25,303 nt of DNA. It comes from an uncultured delta proteobacterium (lineage in GTDB: Bacteria > Myxococcota_A > Polyangia > Fen-1088). The notes beneath the pieces were generated by a model. That model made no database searches. It worked only from the letters and a program-made list of their open reading frames with translations, and was not told the DNA's origin. The stretch covers positions 1 through 25,303 of the forward strand of contig CAWCMR010000023.1 of NCBI GenBank assembly GCA_963796685.1. The letters run 5' to 3'. Below are positions 1-8,550 of this stretch, piece after piece. The number at the start of each line of letters is the position of its first letter. The stretch's first letter is position 1. A program made the translations under genes and the position numbers.

Positions 1-156
1 ACAGCCACCGTCCTTGGCGATGTCGGTGCTGAGCAGCGCGCAACCCACCAGACACCGTCGAATCGCAATCGATCGCATTTCAGCGGCATCGTATCGCGCG
101 CGGCTTGTCCGAGCCAACTCGAATTCCGCGTCTGTCTCCTGCCTCGTGCGCGGGCA

Positions 157-240
157 CTACGCGCCGGGAATCTAGGGACACATTGCCCAGAAGCCGCCCT
201 CAGGCGCGGACTCGATGATGGCCGTGAGCTCGCCTTTCAT
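157..240 (-). pseudogene. hicB: HicB-family antitoxin N-terminal remnant
   Basis: ATG at 240 reads MKGELTAIIESAPEGGFWAMCP*IPGA*. This matches the HicB N-terminal pattern (TAIIE..EGG[FY]WA.CPE[IV]PGA.GQG), with TAG at the expected Glu codon and no similarity after IPGA. Confidence 0.7.
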
Positions 241-315
241 CCTGTCTGCGAAAATCCCCATCGCCAGGCTTGAGAGAAGGCCGGCGAACGAATAGCCTGC
301 GGGCTGGAGGAGTCC

Positions 316-1794
316 ATGTCCGACCGATCGCGTGCCGGTATCGAGATGAATTTCGCTTTTGGCAAGGGCCAGAAGGCAAAGCCTGAAAAACGGCCGGACG
401 CTCCCATGCGCCTGCTGGTGCTGGGCGACTTCGGTGGCCACGGAAGCCGCGAACACGTGCGAACGGGCGCCGAGCTTCGTCCGCAGCGGGTCGACCTCGA
501 CAACTTTCCCTCGCTGCTTGGCAAGATCGCCCCGCGGATCCAGATTCGGCTCGGCGATCAGCCACCCGTCACGGTCGCCATCGGCGAGCTGGAGGATTTT
601 CATCCCGATCGCCTCTTCGCGTCCCTGGAATTCTTCGCGCCCATGCGCGAGCTACGCCGGCAACTGCAAGATCCCAAGACGTTCGCCGTGGCGGCGGCGA
701 TGGTGGGTAGCGTGGCGCCGGTGCAGGCTGGGCCCACGGCGGGGGACATCGCGGCGCACGGCGAGGATCTGCAGCGGCTGCTCGGCCGGCCTTCCACCCC
801 GGAGGCGCCCGCTGCCGTGAAGCCGGCCTCGGTGGTCGATGCCATGCTCCGCGAGGCCGTTGCGCCGCACGTCGTGGGCAAGTCGGATCCGCGGCAGGCA
901 GACATGGTCGCCGCCGCGGACGGCATGACCGGTGAGCTGATGCGGGCGCTCTTGCACGACCCGGGTTTTCAGGCCGTGGAAGCGGTTTGGCGCGGACTCG
1001 ACAGACTGCTTCGCGGGCTCGAGCTCGACGAATCGCTGCAGGTCCACGTTCTCGACGTCAGCCGAGCCGAGCTGGCCGAGGATTTCGCGGCCGCGCCCAG
1101 TCTGGCCGAGACGGCCATGTATGGGCTCATCGTCGATCGCGCGGGCGACAAGCCTTGGTCGCTGCTCATCGACTGCAATCCTTATGGTCGCGGGCAAGAG
1201 GATGCGGCCTTGCTCGCCCGACTGGGCACGCTGGCGCAACAGGTGGACGCGGCGGTGGTGGCGGGCATGGACTGGGCGGCGTTTTCCGCGGGCTCCGCCT
1301 CTCTCGAGGACCAGCGCGCGTGGACAGCCTTGCGCAACAGCACCGCGGCGACCTCCATCGCGGTGTCGCTGCCAGGCATCTTGCTGCGCTTGCCCTACGG
1401 CAAGGGGACGGAACCTATCGAACGATTCGTGTTCACCGAGCAGACCTCCCCTCCTGCATCCGGACGCGCTCTCCTTTGCTGGCGCGCGGCCTTGGCCGTG
1501 GCCCGCTCTTTGGCCCGGGCTGGCGTTTCGCCGGGCGCGCGCGGCGGGCTGAGTTGGGGCCTGGAGATATTTCGTCCATCGACGACCTTCCTATCCACAT
1601 TACCAGGCAGGACGGCGAATCGGTCAACCCCTTGTGCGCAAACCTGGCTGCCCGAATCCAAGATCGACGCGCTGATAAAGGAAGGCCTGATGCCGATGGT
1701 GTCGGCCCAAGGCCGCGGCGAGGTTCGCGTCCCGCGCTTTCAGAGCATCGCCTCGCCGCCCGCGGCGCTGGCAGGGCGCTGGCGCAACGACTGA
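316..1794 (+). CDS. Type VI secretion contractile sheath protein; TssB(VipA)-like N-terminus fused to a shortened TssC(VipB)-like region
   Basis: TssB-like motifs MRLLVLGDFGG and LEDFHPDRL, then TssC-like LLHDPGFQAVEAVWRGLDRL, LLRLPYG, F.F.E and LIKEGLMPM. GGAGGAG RBS precedes the ATG. Around 1550-1630 the TssC-like IDDLPIH segment lies in another frame, implying compensating indels. Confidence 0.8.
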   Translation: MSDRSRAGIEMNFAFGKGQKAKPEKRPDAPMRLLVLGDFGGHGSREHVRTGAELRPQRVDLDNFPSLLGKIAPRIQIRLGDQPPVTVAIGELEDFHPDRLFASLEFFAPMRELRRQLQDPKTFAVAAAMVGSVAPVQAGPTAGDIAAHGEDLQRLLGRPSTPEAPAAVKPASVVDAMLREAVAPHVVGKSDPRQADMVAAADGMTGELMRALLHDPGFQAVEAVWRGLDRLLRGLELDESLQVHVLDVSRAELAEDFAAAPSLAETAMYGLIVDRAGDKPWSLLIDCNPYGRGQEDAALLARLGTLAQQVDAAVVAGMDWAAFSAGSASLEDQRAWTALRNSTAATSIAVSLPGILLRLPYGKGTEPIERFVFTEQTSPPASGRALLCWRAALAVARSLARAGVSPGARGGLSWGLEIFRPSTTFLSTLPGRTANRSTPCAQTWLPESKIDALIKEGLMPMVSAQGRGEVRVPRFQSIASPPAALAGRWRND

Positions 1795-1834
1795 CAGCAC
1801 AAGACGTGTCCATCAATGGACCCGTCTTGAAGAT

Positions 1835-2357
1835 TTCAAAGGGGCGGGCCGCAGCCCGCCCCTCGTCCGCGAAGTGAATTCGCGGACTTCACCCCACCTG
1901 CGGCCGAGCCTTTGGCTCGGCTTCAAAGGGGCGGGCCGCAGCCCGCCCCTCGTCCGCGAAGTGAATTCGCGGACTTCACCCCACCTGCGGCCGAGCCTTT
2001 GGCTCGGCTTCAAAGGGGCGGGCCGCAGCCCGCCCCTCGTCCGCGAAGTGAATTCGCGGACTTCACCCCACCTGCGGCCGAGCCTTTGGCTCGGCTTCAA
2101 AGGGGCGGGCCGCAGCCCGCCCCTCGTCCGCGAAGTGAATTCGCGGACTTCACCCCCACTGCGGCCGAGCCTTTGGCTCGGCTTCAAAGGGGCGGGCCGC
2201 AGCCCGCCCCTCGTCCGCGAAGTGAATTCGCGGACTTCACCCCACCTGCGGCCGAGCCTTTGGCTCGGCTTCAAAGGGGCGGGCCGCAGCCCGCCCCTCG
2301 TCCGCGAAGTGAATTCGCGGACTTCACCCCACCTGCGGCCGAGCCTTTCGGCTCGGC
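1835..2357. repeat. Tandem array of six 87-bp units, each with three GC-rich hairpins (REP/BIME-like)
   Basis: Units start at 1835, 1922, 2009, 2096, 2183 and 2270. Stems: AGGGGCGGGC-cgca-GCCCGCCCCT, GTCCGCGAA-gtgaa-TTCGCGGAC and GCCGAGCC-ttt-GGCTCGGC. Only small variants in units 4 and 6. Confidence 0.95.
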
Positions 2358-2362
2358 TTCCG

Positions 2363-2391
2363 TCGACCTGTCCAATTCATGGACAGGTCGA
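2363..2391. other. Perfect 12-bp inverted repeat directly after the array
   Basis: TCGACCTGTCCA-attca-TGGACAGGTCGA; no U-tract on either side. Confidence 0.8.
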
Positions 2392-2506
2392 ACAGTGCCT
2401 CGATCACAGGCATTCTCCAGCCTTCGCGACATTCGTGTCGGGTTCAGGTCGTGCGGGCAGGGGACGCGTGACTATCTTGCCGGACATCCCTGGCGAAATC
2501 GGGCCT

Positions 2507-2522
2507 TGGAACGCCCTTTGCA
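2507..2522 (+). promoter_or_regulatory. Putative sigma54 (-24/-12) promoter
   Basis: TGGAACG-CCCT-TTGCA is one mismatch from TGGCACG-N4-TTGCW with correct GG-N10-GC spacing, about 75 bp upstream of the next start codon. Confidence 0.55.
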
Positions 2523-2596
2523 TTTCGATAGGGCAGAGTGGCTATCGAGATGCACTGGGTGCTTCGCGCAACGGCATTTGTGGTCGCGCTCCATGC

Positions 2597-3824
2597 ATGG
2601 GTCGGTCGCTACGCGCTTACATCGCCTCCGCCGCGGTGCTCAGGGTTGTCCGGGTGTTTGCTCTTTACGGATCCATACAACAAGGCTCCCCACGGTGACC
2701 ATCCATCCCCCCAGCGATCCGGTCATGCTCGGGATCCCCGCCGACTTCAGCGCGACCGTGACCGACGACAAGGACAGCCCTGGGTCCTTTTCGCTGGAGT
2801 GCGCCCGCAGCCTCGGCCAAGCCCGATCCCGCTGGTTGCAGGACTGGATCACGCTCGCGGATTGGCCATCCCAAACGGTCAGATTGGGTAGCTCCGTTCC
2901 GTACACCTTCACTGCGCAGTCCCTGGGTGCCGTGTGTCTGTGCACCGGGCGACCGACCACAACGGGGCCACGGGGCAAGCCTGCTACGAGATCACCACCA
3001 CGATGACTGCCACCATCGCGGATGTCTCAGGAGCTTATTCCGGACAGCCTCGCCCGCTCTGTTCTCAAGTTCATCTCTCGGCCGAAAGCTCGGTCTTTCC
3101 GACGGGGGACAGTCTCAAGCTCGATTGGAGCATCCAGTACACCGGGACCGATCCTGTGGCCAAGTCGGTTCAACTTTCCGCCTGTACCGGCAGCGTCGCA
3201 AGCTGCGCGAACGTTGCAACCGACAAAGCCAATCTGCACAGATGGTTCTACGCTGGCTCGCCCGGAACGTACACGGTGACCCTATCCATCGAGGACACCC
3301 TTTCAGGTTCCTCTGTCCCCGTGATCAGCAACACCGACACCTTCGTGGTACCTGTCGATATCGACACTCCGCCTTGCCTCAAGCGCACCGATCCCGATGT
3401 CTACGCGCAGCGGATCCTGCTCTCGCGCAGCGCGGATCTGGGTGGAACCTACCAAAGCCGCACCTTCAAGGTCTTGAACGTCGCCGATGACTGCGAGCCC
3501 TATCCTTTGCCCGCGGGCTCCACCAATTCACCGACGCAGTTCGTTTGGTCGGTGCTCGACTCGACGCAGGCTTCGCCGACCTGGACCTATCAAACCAACA
3601 CCTCCGACTCCTTCACGGTCAGCCAGGCCTTGTTCCCCAACGCGCGGCCCGGCGACACCGTCGAGGTGCGCGTCGAGGCGCGGGATTCGGTGGTGCAGAA
3701 GCTCTACCAGGCGGGCGGCCAGGTTTGTGCGCAGGACGTGAACATCTGCTGCGGAAGCACCGCGTGTGGAACGCCCAACGATTGCGTCCGCTGGACCACA
3801 TGGACGGTGCAATTCCAGCCATGA
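2597..3824 (+). CDS. Putative lipoprotein with Ig/PKD-like beta-rich domains (frameshifted in this assembly)
   Basis: Pieces in successive frames join as MGRSLRAYIASAAV / LSGCLLFTDP.NKAP / TVTIHPPSDPV..ADFSATVTDDKD / ATDHNGATGQAC...WTTWTVQFQP*. Lipobox LSGC. The stop overlaps the next ATG (ATGA). Confidence 0.6.
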
Positions 3825-6268
3825 CCATGCCTCGCTGCCACTTTCTAACGACCCTCGTGCCGCTGGTCGCCCTGGCCGCGGGGTGCGCCGCCAGCGGCGG
3901 TTCTGAGCCTATCTATGGAAGTGGTGGTGGGGGCTCGATGGGCACCGGGGGCGACGGCGGCTCGACATCATCGAGAGCGGACGCGGCCGCCTTCGTGGGC
4001 GACGCGGACGCCAGCTCCAAGCCCGATGCCAGCCGGGCCGAGGCGGTGCATCCCAATCTCTCCGCGGATGCCCCCACCTACAAGTGGGACGCGTGCGTGG
4101 GGTGCACCGGCGGCAGCACGGGAGGGCTGGGCGGCTCGACCGGCGCAAGTGGCGCGGGTGGTCTCTCGGGCAGCGGTGGCAAGACCAGCGGCGCGGGTGG
4201 GTCGGCAGCAGGCGGTGCGACAGGCAAGGGCGGAAGCCCGGGTAGTGGCGGAGCCCTGAGCAGTGGTGGTACCACGGGCAGCGGCGGTGCCAGTGGCACC
4301 GGAGGCAGCAGCGCCGACGCGGGGCCCTCCGATGCGCCACCCATGTTGACGGACGCTGCCGCACCTGACGTTGGTGGCTTGACACGCGATGCTGGCCCCG
4401 ATGCAAGCTACTCGGCGGATGCCCTGGTCGCCGACAGTCTGCCGACCGACACCTTGTCTCGCTGTGTGGCGCAGATCGAGTCGGTGGTTCCGGCGACCGA
4501 TTCATTCGAAGACTTCAGCCTGGTGGCCGGGCCCAATCTGAGGGTCGTGCTGCGCGCCGTGGTCGTTTCTGGCGGGCCCGCGATCGCGACGGGTTGGAGC
4601 TGGCAAGCCAACCGGGACGGCACGCCCATTCCGTCCACGCTCGGCGCCCAGGATCCCGCATCGGCGACCTTCCTGCTCACGGATGGGGGCAACTATTTCT
4701 TCACCGCCACCGACCAGACAGGCACGTGCTCGGTCACGGTCCAGAATGCGGTCGCGCCCGCGACCACCTGTCCAGATTGCAGTCGCAACTGGAACCTGCG
4801 CTTCGCCCCAGCGCCCAACACCAACATCCCCGTCCAGTCGGGCTATTTCAGGCTCATCGGGACTGCTCCGTTCGCCCAGGATGCGCTCGTTCTTTCCAGC
4901 GGCGTGCCGGTGCAGGTTTCTCCCAGCGTCGGCAGTGCTCGTGTGGCCTCCTACATCCGCATCAACGACTCCGGAGGCGACCTGGTCGCCGACGGCTTGT
5001 CGGACCCCCAGGCCGGCGGCTTTGCCACGCAACTCCTCGACGTCAACTATTCCGGCGCCCTGCTGAAATACGACGTGCTGGTCGTGCCCATCGACGGCAG
5101 CGCCGGCGGAACCGTGGGCGCCACGGCACCGCAGCTGTTCCAGACGCTTTCCCCGGCCAACATCAACAGCGCCACCTTCAGCCTGTCCGGTGGTGTCACG
5201 GTGACCGGCTCCACCCTCGATTCGAGCGGTCAGCCGGTGGCCGACGTGCGCGTGATGTTGACCAACCAGGATCCCGCCGCCGCTCCGCAGCCGAGCAAGC
5301 TGGTTTTCTCGTCGGTGGGGCGCAGCGATGCCCAAGGGAGATTTTCGCTGCACGCCCAGCCCGGCAGCTATTGGGTTTCCATCTCGCCCCCGCTCGAAAG
5401 CGGCCTGCCGGAAGCGGTCACGCCCGCGGCCGTCACCGTCCCCCTGTCCGGCAACGCCACCATCGACTTCAAGTGGGATCCTGTCAGCGCGGCCTCGTTC
5501 GTGCTGAACGTGTACGATGCGCTGGGAAATCCAAGCGTGGGCACGCGCGTGCGCCTCACCTCGGCGCAAGCGAACAAGGTGGGGACCCTGACAGCCTCGT
5601 CGGCTCCGTCGGGCGCGCAAGCCGCGAACGGCAATGTTCAGATCGAGGACACGACGTCTGCCACGGGCTCGGTCACCTTTGCCAACCTGCCCGATGGCGC
5701 GACGTACAACGTCCTGCTGGTGCCGCCGGCACTGGGACCGAGCTCGGCCACCACGTCGCTCTCCCTGGCCCTGCCCACGGGTGGGGCAACCCAGTCCGTT
5801 CTTCTCGCGGCACAAGGAAGGGTCCGCGGGCAACTGACGTCAGCCTCGGGACAGATCGACTGGACGCACGTGGAGGTCGTCGCCTACGACCGCAGCAGCG
5901 ACACTCCGGAGGTGCCCGTGGCCGTGGCCGCAAGTCTCGACGGTACCTTCTCGGTCGGGGTCAGCCCGGGAAGAGCCTATGTCCTACTGGTCGTGCCGGA
6001 GGTGAGCACGGGGCTGGCGCGGACCTTCGTCGGCCCTGGCCCGATGCAGGCAAGCGAGTTCGCCTTCATCCAAGAGGTGCCGGCCGCCATGCCCTGGTCC
6101 TCGATCGTGATGGACGGACTGCAGAACGGCTTGGCCGGGACCGCCATGCAGGTCTTCTGTATCGAGGGTTGGCCCTATTGCGTGGATCCGACCCTTCCAC
6201 TGGCCGAGACGACGTCCGGCGATGGCGGCGTCTTCCAGTTTGCGCTCCCCGATTCGTCTACCCGATAG
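3821..6268 (+). CDS. Large lipoprotein: Gly/Ser-rich linker followed by beta-sandwich (carboxypeptidase-regulatory-like/Ig-like) domains
   Basis: Start reassigned to ATG 3821 (MTMPRCHFLTTLVPLVALAAGC, lipobox). Long GGSTGG linker, then VTGSTLDSSGQPVADVRV...SDAQGRFSL..QPGSYWV, typical of transthyretin-like beta-sandwich repeats. Confidence 0.75.
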   Translation: MTMPRCHFLTTLVPLVALAAGCAASGGSEPIYGSGGGGSMGTGGDGGSTSSRADAAAFVGDADASSKPDASRAEAVHPNLSADAPTYKWDACVGCTGGSTGGLGGSTGASGAGGLSGSGGKTSGAGGSAAGGATGKGGSPGSGGALSSGGTTGSGGASGTGGSSADAGPSDAPPMLTDAAAPDVGGLTRDAGPDASYSADALVADSLPTDTLSRCVAQIESVVPATDSFEDFSLVAGPNLRVVLRAVVVSGGPAIATGWSWQANRDGTPIPSTLGAQDPASATFLLTDGGNYFFTATDQTGTCSVTVQNAVAPATTCPDCSRNWNLRFAPAPNTNIPVQSGYFRLIGTAPFAQDALVLSSGVPVQVSPSVGSARVASYIRINDSGGDLVADGLSDPQAGGFATQLLDVNYSGALLKYDVLVVPIDGSAGGTVGATAPQLFQTLSPANINSATFSLSGGVTVTGSTLDSSGQPVADVRVMLTNQDPAAAPQPSKLVFSSVGRSDAQGRFSLHAQPGSYWVSISPPLESGLPEAVTPAAVTVPLSGNATIDFKWDPVSAASFVLNVYDALGNPSVGTRVRLTSAQANKVGTLTASSAPSGAQAANGNVQIEDTTSATGSVTFANLPDGATYNVLLVPPALGPSSATTSLSLALPTGGATQSVLLAAQGRVRGQLTSASGQIDWTHVEVVAYDRSSDTPEVPVAVAASLDGTFSVGVSPGRAYVLLVVPEVSTGLARTFVGPGPMQASEFAFIQEVPAAMPWSSIVMDGLQNGLAGTAMQVFCIEGWPYCVDPTLPLAETTSGDGGVFQFALPDSSTR

Positions 6269-6307
6269 CCTCGCCGATAGCTCGCCGATAGCTCGCCGGT
6301 AGCCGCG
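6262..6307. repeat. Short tandem repeat, about 4 copies of an 11-12 bp CCGATAGCTCG unit
   Basis: CCGATAGCCTCG CCGATAGCTCG CCGATAGCTCG CCGGTAGCCGCG, starting over the stop codon between convergent genes. Confidence 0.75.
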
Positions 6308-6314
6308 TGCGCGA

Positions 6315-7124
6315 CTACCTTCCCTGGTAGCGCGGCAGGCGCTTCTCCGCGAAGGCGCGCAAGCCCTCGTTCCGATCCTCGCTGCCCAACACGGTTTCGT
6401 AGCAGGTGCGCTCGATGGCCAGGGCTTCGTTCATCGGCTGGCCGAAACCCGTGTCGATGGCGCGCTTAGCGGCGGCCAAGGCCAGCGGGCCGGCGCCGGC
6501 CAGCTCGCCACACAGCGAGGTGACGGCCGCGCGCAGATCCGGCTTGGCCACCACCTTCGACACCAAGCCCAGCTCGAGCGCGGTGGCCGCATCGATTCGC
6601 CGCCCGGTCAGAATGAGCTCCTTCGCGACTGCGATGCCGCACAGGCGCGACAGACGTTGCGTGCCCCCGGCGCCGGGAATGATGCCAAGCCGCACCTCGG
6701 AAAGGGCCATGGTCGCGCTCTCGTCGGCCAGCCGCACGTCGCAGGCTAGCGCGAGCTCCAGCCCGCCACCGAGCGTCGCGCCCGAGATGGCCGCGATGAC
6801 AGGACGAGGAAAGTCCTCGATGGCCCGAACCAAGGCGCCGAGGTCATCGAGAAAGGCGCGGGTCTGGTCGAGGGTCATGCCGAGGCGCTCTTTCAAGTCC
6901 GCGCCGGCGGAGAAGGGCTTGCCTTCCGCACCCGCCAGCACCACCGCGGTCAGGTCGGCCAGCCCGGCCAGCGCGGCCAACTCGGCGCGCAGGGCGGCGA
7001 CCAGGCCGCGCGACAGGGCATTGGCGGCGTCGGGCCGGTTGAGCACGAGCCACGCCACCGAGCCCTGACGCTCGACCAGAACCAGACCTGGGGTCGGGAT
7101 GCTCGTGGTCTTGTTCGCGGCCAT
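6315..7124 (-). CDS. Enoyl-CoA hydratase/isomerase (crotonase family; methylglutaconyl-CoA hydratase-like)
   Basis: Start MAANK at 7124. Motifs LNRPDAANAL, FSAGADLKER, GGGLELALACD, EVRLGIIPGAGGTQRL and EGLRAFAEKR; both catalytic Glu residues present. Confidence 0.92.
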   Translation of the reverse strand: MAANKTTSIPTPGLVLVERQGSVAWLVLNRPDAANALSRGLVAALRAELAALAGLADLTAVVLAGAEGKPFSAGADLKERLGMTLDQTRAFLDDLGALVRAIEDFPRPVIAAISGATLGGGLELALACDVRLADESATMALSEVRLGIIPGAGGTQRLSRLCGIAVAKELILTGRRIDAATALELGLVSKVVAKPDLRAAVTSLCGELAGAGPLALAAAKRAIDTGFGQPMNEALAIERTCYETVLGSEDRNEGLRAFAEKRLPRYQGR

Positions 7125-7143
7125 CACCCTGCCTCGCTCTCCG

Positions 7144-7806
7144 CTAGCTTCGCCACAGCTTCTCAAGCAAATCGTCGCCGACTTGTTCCAAGGTGTCCAC
7201 GATGACGTCCGCGGCCGACTGATCGTAGCCCATCCAATTCGCGCTTCGCACCGCGATAACGCGGGCGCCCGCCGCCTTGCCGGCAAGAATGCCCGGTTCG
7301 GCGTCCTCGATGACGATGCACGCCCGCGCCGCGACACCGAGCAGGCGCATGGCGGTTTGGTAGGGCTCCGGGTGCGGCTTGCCCTGACGGTAGTCCTCGG
7401 CGCCGAGCAGATACTGGAAGCACTCGCCAAGTCCGATGCCGGCGATGGTCTCGTGGACCTCGATTCGGCTCGACCCCGAGGCGATGGCCAGGCCGACCCG
7501 TCCGCAGAGGCGTCGCACCAGTGCCAGCGCTCCGGGCAGCGCCTGATAGCCGTGGGTGGCGAACAGCGCGCGCTTTTCCTCCACGGCGGCGCTGATGAGA
7601 ACGCCCATGTCGACCTCCAGGCCATAGTCGCGCTGGATTCTCGCGTGGATTTCGTTCCACGAGTGGCCGACGATGAATTTGCGCATGTCTGCGTCGAGCT
7701 CCAAGTGCCAGCGGCGAGCGGCCAGCACCACGGATTCGACGTTTTCACGTTCGGTATCGACCAAGGTGCCGTCGAGGTCGAAGAGAACGGCTCTGTCTGG
7801 TTGCAT
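7144..7806 (-). CDS. HAD-superfamily hydrolase (beta-PGM/CbbY-like phosphatase)
   Basis: Motif I FDLDGTLVDTE, motif II ASGS, GKPHPEPY and IEDAEPGILAGKAAG. Start MQPDR at 7806 with TATAAT 10 nt upstream. Confidence 0.92.
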   Translation of the reverse strand: MQPDRAVLFDLDGTLVDTERENVESVVLAARRWHLELDADMRKFIVGHSWNEIHARIQRDYGLEVDMGVLISAAVEEKRALFATHGYQALPGALALVRRLCGRVGLAIASGSSRIEVHETIAGIGLGECFQYLLGAEDYRQGKPHPEPYQTAMRLLGVAARACIVIEDAEPGILAGKAAGARVIAVRSANWMGYDQSAADVIVDTLEQVGDDLLEKLWRS

Positions 7807-7906
7807 AAGTGAGCCGATTATACGGAGACAAGTTGGCGAGACCGATGGTTTTTGGTAGAACCTCAACCTTCGGCCCTAGACTGACATCCGACTGACATCA
7901 AACGCG

Positions 7907-8550
7907 ATGGAATCGCAGTCCAACATCGCAGAGTTGCAGCATGAAAACGAGAGCTTGCGGCGAGAGATCGCGAAGCTCGAGGATCTGCGTGCCCTGACCT
8001 ACCGGGATGGCCTGACGGGGCTCTGGAATCGGCGCTATTTCGCCGAACGGCTCGGGTCCGAGCTAGCCGGGCGCGCCGGGCGGCGGGCCGGCCGTTCACC
8101 GTCCTGATTTTGGACGTGAACGACTTCCATCTCATCAACAAGTCCCACGGCGGAGCCGAGGGCGATCTCGTCCTGCGCTGGGTGGCCGAGTTCCTCGAAA
8201 AATCGGTTCGCGCCCACGACGTGTGCTGCCATGTCGAGGCCGACAAGTTCGCGGTCATCTTGCCTGACATGGGCCGGGCGTCCTGCCAGTTCCTCGTGAG
8301 GCGGCTACGCGACAAGATCGCCACGCTCAGCGTGCGTGCGCCCTTCTCCTTCGGGCTGAGCATGGGAACCGCCAGCTATCCCGAGCAGGGCACCACCTTC
8401 GACGTCCTGGTGCGCGTGGCCGAGGAAAGTCGCATGGAAGACAAGCGCGCCAAGGAGACGGGCTCGGAGGTGCCGGGCGACCGGAGCGGGGGAGAACCGG
8501 GCGACCACGCGAGCCGGACGCCCGGCGTACGACGCCCGACCGACAGCTAG
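7907..8550 (+). CDS. Coiled-coil plus degenerate GGDEF-domain protein (one frameshift near 8070-8095)
   Basis: DGLTGLWNRRYF, then in the shifted frame FTVLILDVNDFHLINKSHGGAEGDLVL and RAHDVCCHV-EADKF-AVILP, then SMGTASYP. Confidence 0.85.

Noticed and set aside
1-78. Possible gene start on the minus strand (MRSIAIRRCLVGCALLS...)
   Set aside because: Too short and truncated by the window edge to support a call.
157-174. Amber read-through or recoding in the hicB stub
   Set aside because: Similarity ends at the second TAG, and TAG is used as a normal stop by many genes here.
1835-2357. CRISPR array
   Set aside because: Units are identical along their whole length with no unique spacers, and there are no cas genes in the window.
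1813-3006. ORFs 1813-2274(-), 1874-2698(+) and 1912-3006(+) as repeat proteins
   Set aside because: The 87-bp period is a multiple of 3, which keeps frames open on both strands. Conservation is at the hairpin level with no synonymous variation. Only the distal parts belong to the frameshifted lipoprotein.
6315-7748. 477-aa ORF as an extended or fused enoyl-CoA hydratase
   Set aside because: The upstream part is an off-frame overlap of the HAD gene; the real start is 7124.
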